DNA from: Lepidodermella squamata
Taxonomy: Eukaryota > Animalia > Gastrotricha
Assembly: GCA_047495785.1 (NCBI GenBank)
Contig: JBLDXI010000013.1
Span: 62,001 to 126,000 of the forward strand
Direction: 5' to 3'
Length of the DNA stretch: 64,000 nucleotides
Under the pieces are notes generated by a model. The model made no database searches, was not told the DNA's origin, and saw nothing but the letters and a program-made list of their open reading frames with translations. Positions 51,738 through 64,000 of this stretch are shown one piece after another. The first letter of the stretch is position 1. Every line of letters starts with the position of its first letter. The position numbers and the translations under genes are program-made.

Positions 51738-53959
51738 ATTGAAGACTGAAGGCATAGGTGATACAATACTTTTACATTGCTCATCTTTTTAAAAATCGGC
51801 GTCGTTGATCTACCATATAGGCTCGATCGGGATTCAGTTGGTAGGTAAATTTCTAACTTGAATGATGCACTTTTTTTCTTCGGCACTTGTGATTCTTCTT
51901 TCTGGTTGGCGGTTACAGATTAAAACATCGAATGACTGCTTATCAAATTTTGCTAACACTCTCAAATTATTATTAAAACCAAACAGTATTTTATCAATTA
52001 TTAAACAGCATCTTTCCTGATTGTTTTTTGATGTTATCATCGATTCTTTACGTTTTGTTTTCGTTTTGATTGTAATTCTGATGATCATCAGTTTGAATTC
52101 AGAGTAATGGCATCACGGTACGCTACCTACTACCTAAAATATATGGTGCATGCATTTTAGCGCTATCATAGAACGTGGGAGCTATCGTTATTTTTATGCT
52201 GGTCAGCGCTGAAGCTATTTCTATTTTTTGCGCTCGAGCCAGCCACTCGGCTTACGGCAATTTATATATGCGCTTGTCTAATCTACATAGGTATATATAT
52301 AGGCGCCGTTATTGATTAGCAGACGCGTAGGAGCGTCCAGCATGTTGTTTACGAGTTTTAATTTTACGTCTAGCCCTTAGTATAATATGAACGAGGCGCG
52401 CCTGTTTTCCTGGCTGGCTAGTACGGACTCGGCGAAAGAAAATAACAGAGCGGCGTGTACTGCCGTATGCGCTCTACGCGATATATCAAATCGCATAAAC
52501 AAATGCGAAAGTATACGGCTATTCGGCGAGGGATGTTTGTTTGGAGCGCGCGGCGAGAAGGAACACGAGAGCGCATTTCTCTTTTATAACTGCTTTTTTT
52601 GAGAATATTATATTTTTGGCGCGCTCGCTGTCCAGAGCCCCTCGCCTGCAATATATTTTTGTGATGCTGCTGTACTACTACAAGCGCGCGGGGCTACTAA
52701 AAAAGCGATAGCGCGCACGAGGTATAATATTGTGCTGAGAATAATTTGGCTGGCGTGCTGTGTTGTTGTGCTCCCTTGTATTTTTCCCGTACTTTACTAT
52801 GCGCACATCATCATCTTCGTCATCATCTGCAGGGTATGATGTATTTTTCATATAGGGATAGACGTGGGCCGGCATGTTGTCTCGTTGATTTTTATTTTGT
52901 TTATATCGCATCAGAAAAGCCTTCGTAAAAAAAGACGAACCATTCGTTCGGCGCAGGCTGGCCGTGTGCGCGCGCCCTGTTATTTTCTTTTTCTTTTTCT
53001 ATAAATACGAGGCTTATTATGCTGTGTGCATCGCCGCACTCTGCCTTATTTTTCTGCCGAGTCTGCAAGGAATAGCCCGGTCTGTAAGGCGTTTTTTCAT
53101 CGCAAGAGCTGTGCTGTAATATTTACCTCGCGCGCTCTGTTGTTTATCGGAATTCAAATGCAATTCCAAGTCCGGGTGACCCTTTGATGCCTATTTCGCT
53201 GCTGTTGCTTTAGTAGGATAATCTTTTAATTATTTGAGTTGAAATAGTTGTTTGTGCGTGTCAAGGTGACGACTTCTTTCTTCGCGAACTCAAACCGCAT
53301 TCGCAGCATATGCTTAGGCTAGTTTCACGTATTCTCACATGCCAGCAGATTGGCAGTACGTTTCGTGTGAACTTGGCGTGAACTTTTGTGCTGTTTTCTG
53401 CAGTCAACTATCGTTTTACACTTGAGAGATATCGCTATCAAACATTGTCGCTATTTATACGAGATATCACCTGCCTGCCAGCCTTTGTTATTGCGTACTT
53501 ATATAGAATGTCTGGTTGGTTTGGTTGTTCGCCAAACTCTCCGAGTTAATTTTACATGAAGAACGCCTTGCCTGCTAGACTTTTCTCGCCGTCTGCGACA
53601 ACCGCTTTTATTCGCTCAGCTAACCAGGGCAAAGCCCTTCTGCTTGATTATTTATTATTTGACCACATTTCCTCTTTTCTGCTGTCGGCTTTGTTGTCGT
53701 GTCAATGTCGTGTTTTACACGCGGCAGCACTCGCAGACACCGCGAGGTCAGCGCGCGCAGGTACAGCGGATGAGAAACAGCAGAGAGAGATGGATTTTGA
53801 AATTATTTGATGCACATGGATTATTAATAGCGTTGTCGCAGGCCGGCTGGCCCTTCGGTGCCCTCTTGTTGTTGTCTGCGACGGGATATATTGCCCTATT
53901 ACATCAAATATTACGTTAATATATTGCACTGCGCACCGCCGGCGTGGGTAAAAGTGAGC

Positions 53960-56270
53960 GTAAAGTAACACACACACACACACACACATACACTCACTCA
54001 CATACGCGCTCTCTGTGTTTTGCGGGTGCTGCAGTACTGAAGCACCGAGCGACCCGGGCTGCGGCGAAACGAACGAAACGTATGGCTGAAACGTGTTTTG
54101 CATGCTCAATGCATATGCATTATTTGTTATCCTTTCTTTGTTGATGTAAATAAGGCCGTCTAGCAGTAGTGGCTCTCAGAAACAAACAATAATCATATTC
54201 GTCGCTCCCCGCTTGAACTCTGCGTGAACTTGCCGCGCAGACTTTTTGCGGCGTCGCTCGCCAACATTCGCCCGTATCCTTGTGCTTGTTCTGCAACGAT
54301 CGCATATCGTATTTTCGTGCGCTTTCGTAGGGATAGCCGAGGGACGGTCGGTCGGTCGGCCAGACATGCGCGCGCGAGGGCAATTCAGTGCGAACTCTGC
54401 GCTGACCGTGCGCTTTCTTGCGTTTTGCGCCGTATAATAAATGCGTTTCGTTTCGTTTGTTGTTGTTATTGTTGTTGTTGTTATTGTTGGTTTGTTCTCT
54501 GCGGCTCTCCGTTTTATTGCTGCAGTACATTCATGTTTGCTTGTCGCCGTCGCCCCAACCCCCGTCCGCCCTTTTCGCTCGCTCGCTCGCATACTTATTC
54601 GTTCGTTCGATATACTTACGTATAGATATATATATCGGCTAGCGCCTGGATTGCATGTTTTACTATACGAGATACAGCGTCGTGCTTTTAATACAACCGC
54701 ATACAGTACATCGATTATTTGTATACTCGTCGGTCTGAGCTTTTATTGCCGTATTATGTCTGCGAAATAATTTCTCGTCTGCTGCTGCTGCTGCTTCTTC
54801 TTCTTCTTCTCCGTCTGCTTTTGCTTATAGTTTTGTAGCCATAGGAAAAGTAATGCCTGAATTATATTTACTACTGTGGCTGCTGCGAGCCCTGTTTTAT
54901 TATTAGCATTATCGCCAAAGATTTTCACTTCTTGTGCGCTCGCGTCTTCCCCAGACTTGTTGCCGGCTGAGCTGGCACTGTGTTCAGCTGCTGCAAGAAG
55001 AACGAAGACATTATAATATATTCTGCTAATAATTCAATCTTATAATCTCTGCTAATGACATATCTGCGATGGTGTGCACTATTTATTATGACTGCTGCTC
55101 AGACCCCAATTCCGACTAAATATCACATTAGCTCCCATATTACACTAGTTTTCTTCTTGCCAGCTTAGCCGACGCCGACTCTCCCACTTTATTACGACAC
55201 TTTTATTGCTGCCTGCTCGTGTTGCTGCTTGCGACCAGGCCGTGTTTTTTTCCCACCAACGTTTCCTCATTTAGTTGATTTATTGCCCTCGTTCGATGGC
55301 ATGCCGGGTTTTTTATTGCATCGCCCACAACTACATCAACAACAAGAGCGAGGCGATCATTACAGAACTGCTTCATCGTGGTTTTTAGCTGTTGTTACTT
55401 CTAGGTATGCTAATGTTTATCTTGAGAGCACGTGTAAGTGAGTCTGACGGGTTTTTGCGGTCATCGCGAGGTCACGGCCAGTCCAGTCCTCTTTGTGCTG
55501 TCCTTTGTGTACGTGTATGTGTGTGTGTGTGTCCTTTGTGCGCGAGTCAGTCTTGAACGGCTGCGAGTGAACATGCGAGCACACATTTATGAACGTCTTG
55601 GCTGTTGGTGCGTTTCTGTATTTTGTGTCCTCGCTCGAAATTTGTTTTGTCTGCGGCTGCCCCGTGCTGCACATTGGAGGGTCTCTGCTATGGAAATGTA
55701 TGACGGCGCGGGCTGTTTTCGCAGCGCACACTTGCATTCCTTTTATTGTTGCGGGCGCGCACGGCGTCGCCACATCCCGCTTTTACTGCGAGCGCGCGCG
55801 CACACATTTACATCTTTTATCACACGCGTACGTAGTTTATTTTTAGTGGTGATAAAGGGAAAGCGTCGCCGGCCGTTTGTTTAGCGTGTCTGGTCATTCT
55901 TGTCGTCGCATGCCACATTATTTTGTTGATGACTGATTACGGCGATGGGAGTATTGCCTTTGCCTTATTTTATGTCACATTTTTATTCCACACACATACA
56001 CACACACAACCATGGCGCCCCCTCCCCTCCCTCCTCAACGATAACAATATAGGAAGTATAAACTAATAACTAAATGCAATATTGGCGTTCGTTCAGCGCG
56101 CCTATATTATGTTATCGTCATCGCCCATTGCTGTCGCCACTATTACTATTATTATTACGGCCTTATAACCGCATCATAATTTTGCCATCGTTATACTTCT
56201 GCCTACTTCGATGGCGACGATGATGATGCCGATGCTGATGATGCTGATGATGATGATGGTGTTAGTGGTG
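53960..56270. repeat. Microsatellite-rich non-coding region upstream of the zinc-finger gene
   Basis: (CA)n at ~53968 and ~55990, (TTG)n at ~54457, (GCT)n(TTC)n at ~54780, (TG)n at ~55518 and (GAT)n at ~56218. A splice acceptor at ~56348 suggests 5' UTR exons. Confidence 0.8.
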
Positions 56271-56498
56271 AGAGATGGGACCATCTGTCTCCCATCATGT
56301 GAAACTGACAAGTTTTTTTTCAATAATTGAAGTGTCTCTTTTCAATAGGTGTTTAATTAATGGCTATTGTCGTTGAAACGACCGCTCTTACTTCACCTCG
56401 ACAAACCAAAGTTTTGTCTATTTATTAACGAAGACGATACCAAGATTTTACTTCTGCGAGAGTTTTTACGCTCTGTTGTTTGAAAAAATCCGCAACAA

Positions 56499-59400
56499 AT
56501 GACCGAAGATGGATGTGTCGCCAATGAAAATGCGGCGGCACCGGCGACGACTACGACCACAAATGCAACATCACCAGCGTCAACAGTTGCGGCCGCGCCG
56601 TGCCAGATAGTGATGCATGACGAGTCGGCAGCCGCCGCAATGTCGAACTCGCTGACACCGGCAAACTCGTCGTCATCGCGCGCCTCCTCAATCTCGCCGT
56701 CACCTCCCGCTGCACCGGCGATCGAAGCCGCCGCCGAACCAGTGCCACCCCCGACAGAGCCATCGCCCGTCGTCGAACCAGCCGAATCCAACAACCTGAA
56801 GCCCTCGGCGGATTCAACAGCGGCGGTCGCTGTAATCAGCCGGACCCAGTCAGTCGAGGCGCCGCCCGGAGCGCCGTTGACGCGCTCGGACTCGTTAACT
56901 TTGGTGACGTCGTCTGAATCTGCGACAGCAATTACATCCCAGATTCCGAACGGCAAGTTGTCACCGAGCCCTGATGACAAGCCGTCAGAAGAGCGTGGAA
57001 AAGACGTTGTGGAAACGCATGACTCGTCGAGTCAACAGGCGCCACCGAGCGTAGCGTCGAACGCTAGTAATCAGGCGCCGAATGGAGCGCCGCCGCAGTC
57101 GAACGGCGAGGCCGGTGGCTGCGACGCAGGCAACGGCAGCAAGTACTCATGCCCCGTGTGTTTTCAGTCTTGTCCTGACCATGAAACGGTTAGTATCATT
57201 CTTTTTTCATCCTAGATATTTGATATGCGACCGCGTATAAGTGATTGATTCTGGTCATGTTAGGTGGATTTTTTTACGAGATATCGCGGTTTTTAGAGTT
57301 TGGTGAAGTTGCGATATTGCCTGCTGCTTTTTTTATCTTTAGAAAATCTTTACCTGGGTTTCTTAAACATACGTGACATCATGGCCTCCATGATTTTAGT
57401 GGAATTTTTTGAATATCAATCATCACGGATCATATTAATTCCCTTCAATTTCATGCCCATTAATTGCGTTACTCTCGTTTTACAGCTATACATTCACTGC
57501 TGGATGAAGCATCGCATGGACCTTTCCAAAAACGATCCGAAATACGATAAGATGATGGTTAATAACCCGGCTCCTCCGACGCCGGCAGTCCCCGGTCAGC
57601 CGCCGACCAACGGACAAGCGGGCCCGCCTGGGTCTCAGCCAACTGTTGAGCAGCAGATGAATATGATGGCGGTACTCGAACACAACAAGCGACAGCAGCA
57701 GCAGCAGCAACAACAACAACAGCAACAACAGCCGGTGCATTTGGGAGGACCCTCGCCTCAACAACAGCAACAACCACCTCATCAGATGATGGTCGGTCAT
57801 CCCGGCTTGGGTCCCATGGGTGCGCGCGGCTTCCCAATGGGCGTTAATGGGCCGGATTCACTTCGAATGCTCCAGCAGCCGATGATGGGCGTTCCTCCGC
57901 CTGGGCTGATGTTCCAACCGCAACAGCCTCATCCTCAGCTGTCGCAGTTGCCTCTTCACCTTCAGCAGCATATCCAAATGCAACAAGCTCAGGCACAAGC
58001 CCAAGCCCAAGCTCAAGCTCAAGCTCAAGCGCAGGCTCAGGCTCAAGCACAACAACAGCAGCAACAAATGCAGCTGCAGATGCATCAGCAGCAACAGCAA
58101 CAGCAAAGGCAGCATCATGCAACAGTGCCTGGATTGTTGCAGCAGTCGCCCAGGCCGGCTCAGGCGCCTTCGAACCAGAACCAACAACAACAGCAGCAGC
58201 AGCAGAAAGAGCAGCCGGCGTCTAATTCGGTCGCCGCTTCGTTTGCGAACGGCCTCCCAATGGCTGCTGCGGCGTTTTTCGAAGAGATAGTTCGGCGGAA
58301 CATGGTTTCGCCGGCCACGGTGAGTAGCGGTGGCGTGCCAACGCCACCTTCGAGTGCGCCACCACCAGCCACCCCAACCGCATCCCTGGCTCAGGCCTCC
58401 TCTGGACCAACAGTACGGCCCGTCGCCACGTTGGCGGTGCCCGGGCGCCACTACAGCCTGTCGGTGAACGCTGCTAGTCATATTCCGGTATCGATCGACG
58501 GTGGGCGCTCAACCGCGACGACCACCACAACGGCGTCGGCGATGGGCGCTCACCTTGGCGTGAGTGGCAACTTCTCGTCAGCCCTCCTGCCATCCTCCGC
58601 CGAACAACTCGAGCAGCAGCAGAAAATGCAGCAACAACAGCATTTTCATGCGACGCACCCGCATTTAGCGGCGATGGGCCATCCACAGGCGCCGCCGCCT
58701 CATTCCCTGATGCCACCGATGATCTCGCCCGAACACGGCTTCCCGCCGCCCTTCCCAGCCGGCTTTCCCGGCCACCCTGTCCCAGTGCCCCAGCCGCAGC
58801 AACAGCCGGACCACCCGTCCGCCGGGATGCTTCATCCTTTCTTCCAGCATCAGCAGCAACAACAACAGCAACAACAACAACAACAACAGCAGCAGGCTCA
58901 GCAACAACAGAATCAGAACAATCAGCATCAAATGCAGATGATGCAGTACTGGTATGCTTTGATGGCGATGAATGGTGGCAATGGTGGCTCCATGCCGCCC
59001 ATGCCGCCGGGTTTTATGCCCCCGATGCCGCCCGGTGGTTTCCGGTTACCAAGTATGCCCGATTCACAACAATCTACGGTTCCGAGCGGCAACAACATGA
59101 ACCCGGGAATGTTGCCGCCCCAGGTGATGGCTCTAATGACGCAGTTTCCTCAGTTGCTTTCGATGTTGTCAGCGATGGTGCCGAAGTGTGATCGTGCTAT
59201 CGCCACAACAACCCCGGCGGTAGAACCCGGAGATCGCGAGATCGCTCCGACCCGGTCCCACTCGATTGTGGTGCCACAAGCATCCATCGCAGTGCCCGTG
59301 ATAGGCGGCGGTCCGTCGTCAGCTTTCTCATCGGTCGGTGGCATTTCGCAAAATTTGCAACAGTTCCAACTGTCGAGCGTTGTCGCCGCTGTAGTCGAAG

Positions 59401-60776
59401 CATCCCAGCTTCATTCTGTGCCGTCCTCGCCGTCGCCGCCATCGGCCTCTCCCGAGACGACGCCGTCTAACAACACCGCACCGCCAACTATTAATCAACA
59501 GTCGCAGCCGACTTCTACGACCACAAACAACGCTACATCGCATATGCCACCTGCGCCGAAGAAATCGAAGCGCTCGTCGGGTGGTCACAGTCAGAAGAGC
59601 CACACGCCCGAAGCGAACTCCCAACAGCAGTCTTTTTCAGAACAAGATCGAGTATGTGTCGAGGCACTGGTTTGTTTAGCAGAGGCGGCTAACAAAGGCA
59701 AGTCTGAGCCTTCGGCTAAGACTGAAGCGATTTCTCCCGCAAACGGCGATGAAACCAGCCAACCGCCGAGCAATCATGGAGGCTCGAAGCGGCCGCGAAA
59801 CTCGAGCCGCACCGGCGGCGAGAAGCGCCGGCACAGCAAGGACGGTGATGGTTCGGGTGATGGCGCCGATGCGGAGTTGCTGCCGCACAAGTGCAACCAA
59901 TGTGACTACCGGGCGCGCTGGATGTCGGAAATCGAGCAACACGCGCGCAATCACAGCGCCGAGAAGCCGTGGCAATGTCCGAACTGCCTTTACTGCAGCA
60001 AGTGGAAGTGGGACGTGGCGAAGCACATGAAGCGCTGCGCCGCCATTCCGCACAACGGCACCGAGCTGGACCTTGTGCCCATTTACGTGGCGCCTGCTAG
60101 TGCCCGACGCGGACCACCCAACGTGGTGTGTAACATCAAGGAGCATCCGCTCAACGTTATGCAGCAAAGTGGCAACAAGACCGCTGTTACTGCAAATTCT
60201 GCTGTTTCGGTTGAGAAAAAATCACCTGAGGCGGCGGTGGTGGTCTCAGCGGTGGCTGACACAACGACAGCGGCTGCAGCGGTTCCGAAGCCGCTGAAAA
60301 AGCGCCACTTGGAGATGCCGAGCGAAAAAGCAGCTGCTGCCGTTGCGGCACCGGTTCCGGCTGTGTCGCCGTCGTGTGCATCGAATTCTTCCGAGGCAGC
60401 GTCATCGCCCGAGGCAAAGCACGGGGCGGCTGACTCGTCTTCGTCGTCGGCGTCTTCGGGCGCCCCTTCCTACCTGTACCAGTGTGCGGTTTGTCCGTAC
60501 AAAACGGACTCAAATCAGAACTTTCGCAACCACGAGAAGCACCACGACAGTCACGGCGCTTATCAGTGCTCATACTGTGACTTTTCTATCGACTGCAAGG
60601 GACCGCTGACGCGGCACATGCAAGTTGTGCACGGCTCGGCGACAAACGGCAACGGGCATCATCACCATCATCATCGAAGTCGGTCTCAAAACGGCCGAAC
60701 GTCTGCCTCGTCACTCTCGAACGGTGCCGGAATAGTGGCGGCTGGTGGCGAGCTTGCCGCTTCCAGCGAATCTTAG
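56499..60776 (+). CDS. Large Q/P/S-rich zinc-finger transcription factor (five C2H2/C2HC fingers in three clusters)
   Basis: Exons are 56499-57188 and 57486-60776; the intron splits finger 1 (CPVC...ET|LYIHCWMKH). The central pair is CNQC...HARNH-SAEKPW-CPNC...KHMKRC, and the C-terminal pair is CAVC...HEKHH and CSYC...HMQVVH. PolyQ and (QA)n tracts are present. Confidence 0.88.
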
Positions 60777-62805
60777 CTCTTCACACTGAGCTTCTTCTCT
60801 CTACGAGGCTTGAAAGAATCTACACACTGGATTATTTGAAGTGGAGGCTCAGCCACGCTTCCCCCTATTTTGTGATACGAATGTTGTTATATTTAACTAC
60901 GATGAATCCATGTGGATCAAGAGTTTTTCGGAGTGATTGAGAGGGGCTGTGCGCAGCGGATCGCACTGGTTTTCCTCATCTTAATTTTGCTGTATTGCAG
61001 CAGTGTTCTGAACATGAAAAACTGTATGCTACATTTTTTTTGCAACGGGCGCGTTTTTTTTCTATCGTTTCATCGTTGTCGTCTACTCTTCTTGTGTTCT
61101 ACTACCTAGTCTGCGCAGTGTAAATAATTCGATAAAGAACGGAATTATATTCTAAATATTCTAAATATATTATATTCCAAAAGTGAATGTGTAATTTTAT
61201 ATCACGTGAATCAACAGACAGCATACATATGTTTCTACTTGAACCCGAGAGCAATCGTTTCGAATGCACATCTCGCGATTTTTTTCGTCTCGATTCCTGA
61301 TACACGGAAGCAAATCACCTGTTGGTATCTTCTCCATGTTTGTGTGCGTGCGTTACTGCGTTCTCGTCGCAACTCGTCTCGTTCCAAGAACGACCTCTCT
61401 GAATGATTGCCTCAGCATCGATAACACACCTCAGTAGCTCAGCTCAGCTCAACTGTAGCCCGAACCATAGATTTATTGGCGAGGTTGAAAGATTTATGAC
61501 CGTCTTGTTCCAAGCGCGCTAAGCGGTATCTTAACATTCGTACTCCGTAATCCTCAAAAATCGTGTTAACTTACCACGAAATTTTGCTCACGATACAAAA
61601 CAATGCGGTTTGCCGAAGCTCCACCTCCGCTATTGTTTGATTCAAGTTTAAACTCCGAAATCGTTCGAACGTTTGCTTATATTTCGTTTTCTTTGCTCAC
61701 ATATGATCGAAACTTAACCAACTGTTGTTGATGTTGTCGTTGTTAATGTTTTTTATTGCAAAAAATGTCATTTCTCTTAAATGAGGCGCAGGAATTGCTG
61801 TTCGTTCAAAAATTTCAGCTCGGTTCGTTGACTACACAAGTTGCACACATTTTTGTGAAACGGCTATTGACAGAGAAAGCAAAGAAAACGCTTAATATTT
61901 CCTGTTCGAAAAGAGTGAAATATTGAATATAAATGAATATATGATATATGTAACTATACATTGAAACGATATATCATCAAATGGTCGTCAACATTTTTAT
62001 ATAGATATATTTAATACATATCAACACGCTGTAATAACTTACTGTCTTATTATTGTCTTGAAATGTCTTACGTCATGTTACATGAAACAAATTCTTGGGA
62101 CGATTTTATCGTGAAAAGTCTATTGTAGAAAAATAAAGGATGAATTTTGAGTTTATCAAACAAGCTGGCTTTTGTTCTGCGTACCAGTTGTGGTAGTTGT
62201 TCCAGACATTTCTGTATTGAAAGTTGTGAAAGAATAGACATGAAATCGAAATTTCTGGGGGCTGAAAAACGCTTGGTTTGTGTTCAGGTGCACACCAAAC
62301 TGGAAAGGTTTAGAGCCAGCAATTCGACCGGTCAGGGAACTGGTCGAGTTTCAGATTTTCTTCAATTCTGAGCATTCATAGACCCTAGTGTCTGATGTTT
62401 GTCCGTTGGTCCTGAAACGCTTTTCTCTCCGAGATAATTGTGAAACGACTGTTTCTTGATTCAGAAACGTGAGCATTTTAGACATTAAATGTATTGAGGC
62501 TCGCAGAATACAGCGTCTCAGTCGAAAACTTTAAAATCACCTGCCCGTTTGCGGAGCCAGGCGTAACCCGGTTTTCTCCGGGTCTATCAGACATTTTTAC
62601 CTGGTGAAATGACTTTTGAAACGCGATGCCGCGATTCTCAAGTCAAATGTCTAGGCAGACCAGGAAATATCAGCAGTTTTTCATATACCATGACTGTGAT
62701 ACGTCGACTTTGCAACAAGACGTGAAAATTTATTATTGTACCAGAGAACATTCAGCAGTGAAAAAAATATATCATGCAGATAATACTTGAAATATTGTCT
62801 TCTGG

Positions 62806-64000
62806 TCATATCTCATACGAAGTCGTATTGCTTTGTTGGGCAACCATCTCTCGGCCTTTCTCATAAGCCAGCTGCAGTTTTTGGAATGTCCTCATGAGAG
62901 TTTCTCCGCGCTCGCCGCCGCCGAATTCCGACTTCAATTGTTCAAGTCGACGCTGCTCGTTACGAAGGCGAAATCTAAACGATACAAAATAAGCATTAAA
63001 TATGTGACAATAAAACCAGCTGTTAAATGGGAAAGGAACAACTGAGAAATAGGATTCGCTCAATGGGCTGATGGTAAAGGTGTGAATTTCACCTATCGAA
63101 TTGACTTGCAATAGCCGTAGGTGGCCTATCACTACATAAATAACTCAAAGTTTTACTACAGTCGAATAATAAAAACGATTTCGCCATAAAACACAAAATA
63201 AACAATACAGTGGGTAGCTTCGAAGTAGTGAACTTACTGCTTAGATTGAGATTCCCTGTTTAGATTCAATTAATTCAATAAGTGTTAGATAGTAACCTGA
63301 AAATCAATTACGCAAGTATGTGAAACTTCTTAGACGAAAGCAAAATACGTTCAACTATATTGAATTCAATCTATTAAGCCGTTAGACCCAGTTATTCAGG
63401 CGAAAAACTAGAAGCAAGGTAAACAATATCGGCAGATCATTTCATCGGCTCATTGCGCTACATGGTTTTATTTTTGCGTTTACCTGTACAGCACAGCCGA
63501 CGATCTAAAATTATTGAAATATTCAGGCATTGGCATAACTGGATGGACATGCATTACACTTCCGCATCGTATGGTTTTGCAATAGAATATTTTCCCCAGT
63601 AGCAAATCACTTTTTTAGCCTGGAGGCACTTCCTCTTGCTAAAATTTTCGCCTCGATTGTACATTTTTCCCTGCTGGTAAATTGGGGCCACTATTTTCTT
63701 GGATTCAGAGTTTACGAATCGCCAATTCAGTTCAATACAGTCTTTTTCGACTAAAAAAAATTGGCGTATAATTTTTCACCGTCTAAAATAATAGGTACTT
63801 GTTTCCTAAAGACAAGTTAAAGCTGTAGCTAAAAGAGTGATCTGCTCAAGTTTCATCCCATTAAGGCGCCATTAAAAAAGCTCCAAAAAAGTCCACACAA
63901 AACTTACTTGGAGTTAGACGTAAATACGTAAGTCGGAGCATTTGAGCGATGGTGTGATGAGGAAATGGCCGTAGTTGGACGAGAGGATGCAACCTGGCTC
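62806..64000 (-). CDS. 3' part of an unidentified multi-exon gene running off the window
   Basis: Phase-2 compatible exons 64000-63909, 63504-63484, 63132-63094 and 62974-62806 give ...SSRPTTAISS...SNSK|SSAVLYS|DRPPTAIASQFDR|FRLRNEQRRLEQLKSEF...TSYEI*. Confidence 0.55.

Noticed and set aside
52380-55890. Many 60-150 aa ORFs
   Set aside because: They arise from microsatellite and low-complexity sequence and show no homology cues.
62843-62866. CTCGGCCTTT resembling the U2 snRNA 5' end
   Set aside because: Only ~10 nt match, it lies inside a coding exon on the other strand, and there is no branch-pairing or Sm site.
1-64000. CRISPR arrays, rRNA genes, prokaryotic operons or an alternative genetic code
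   Set aside because: None seen. The conserved genes translate correctly with the standard code and canonical introns.

Overview
This is a gene-dense window from a compact invertebrate animal genome; most introns are 48-65 nt GT-AG, and the taxon cannot be fixed from the sequence. I assembled these spliced genes by eye: a GPR158/GPR179 (Smog)-type class C GPCR (+), an ERG/FLI1/FEV-type ETS factor (-), CFAP20 (-), TMEM222 and NXT1 (+), POP4 (-), ATAD3 (+), a tightly packed PGPEP1-CCDC25-GLG1 cluster (-), a Q-rich C2H2/C2HC zinc-finger factor (+), and the 3' end of an unidentified gene (-). The intact products of the GPCR, NXT1 and POP4 are not visible in the ORF track. Mobile DNA includes a young CR1/L2-group LINE nested antisense inside a related RT-less LINE, older LINE remnants, an RLE-type non-LTR fragment, and several hAT-like, Tc1/pogo-like and Kolobok-like MITEs. 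The strongest system-level signal is operon-like organisation. Same-strand housekeeping genes lie 100-245 bp apart, and most genes have a splice acceptor 0-27 nt before the ATG, which suggests polycistronic transcription resolved by spliced-leader trans-splicing. All identifications rest on recalled family motifs; no database search was run.
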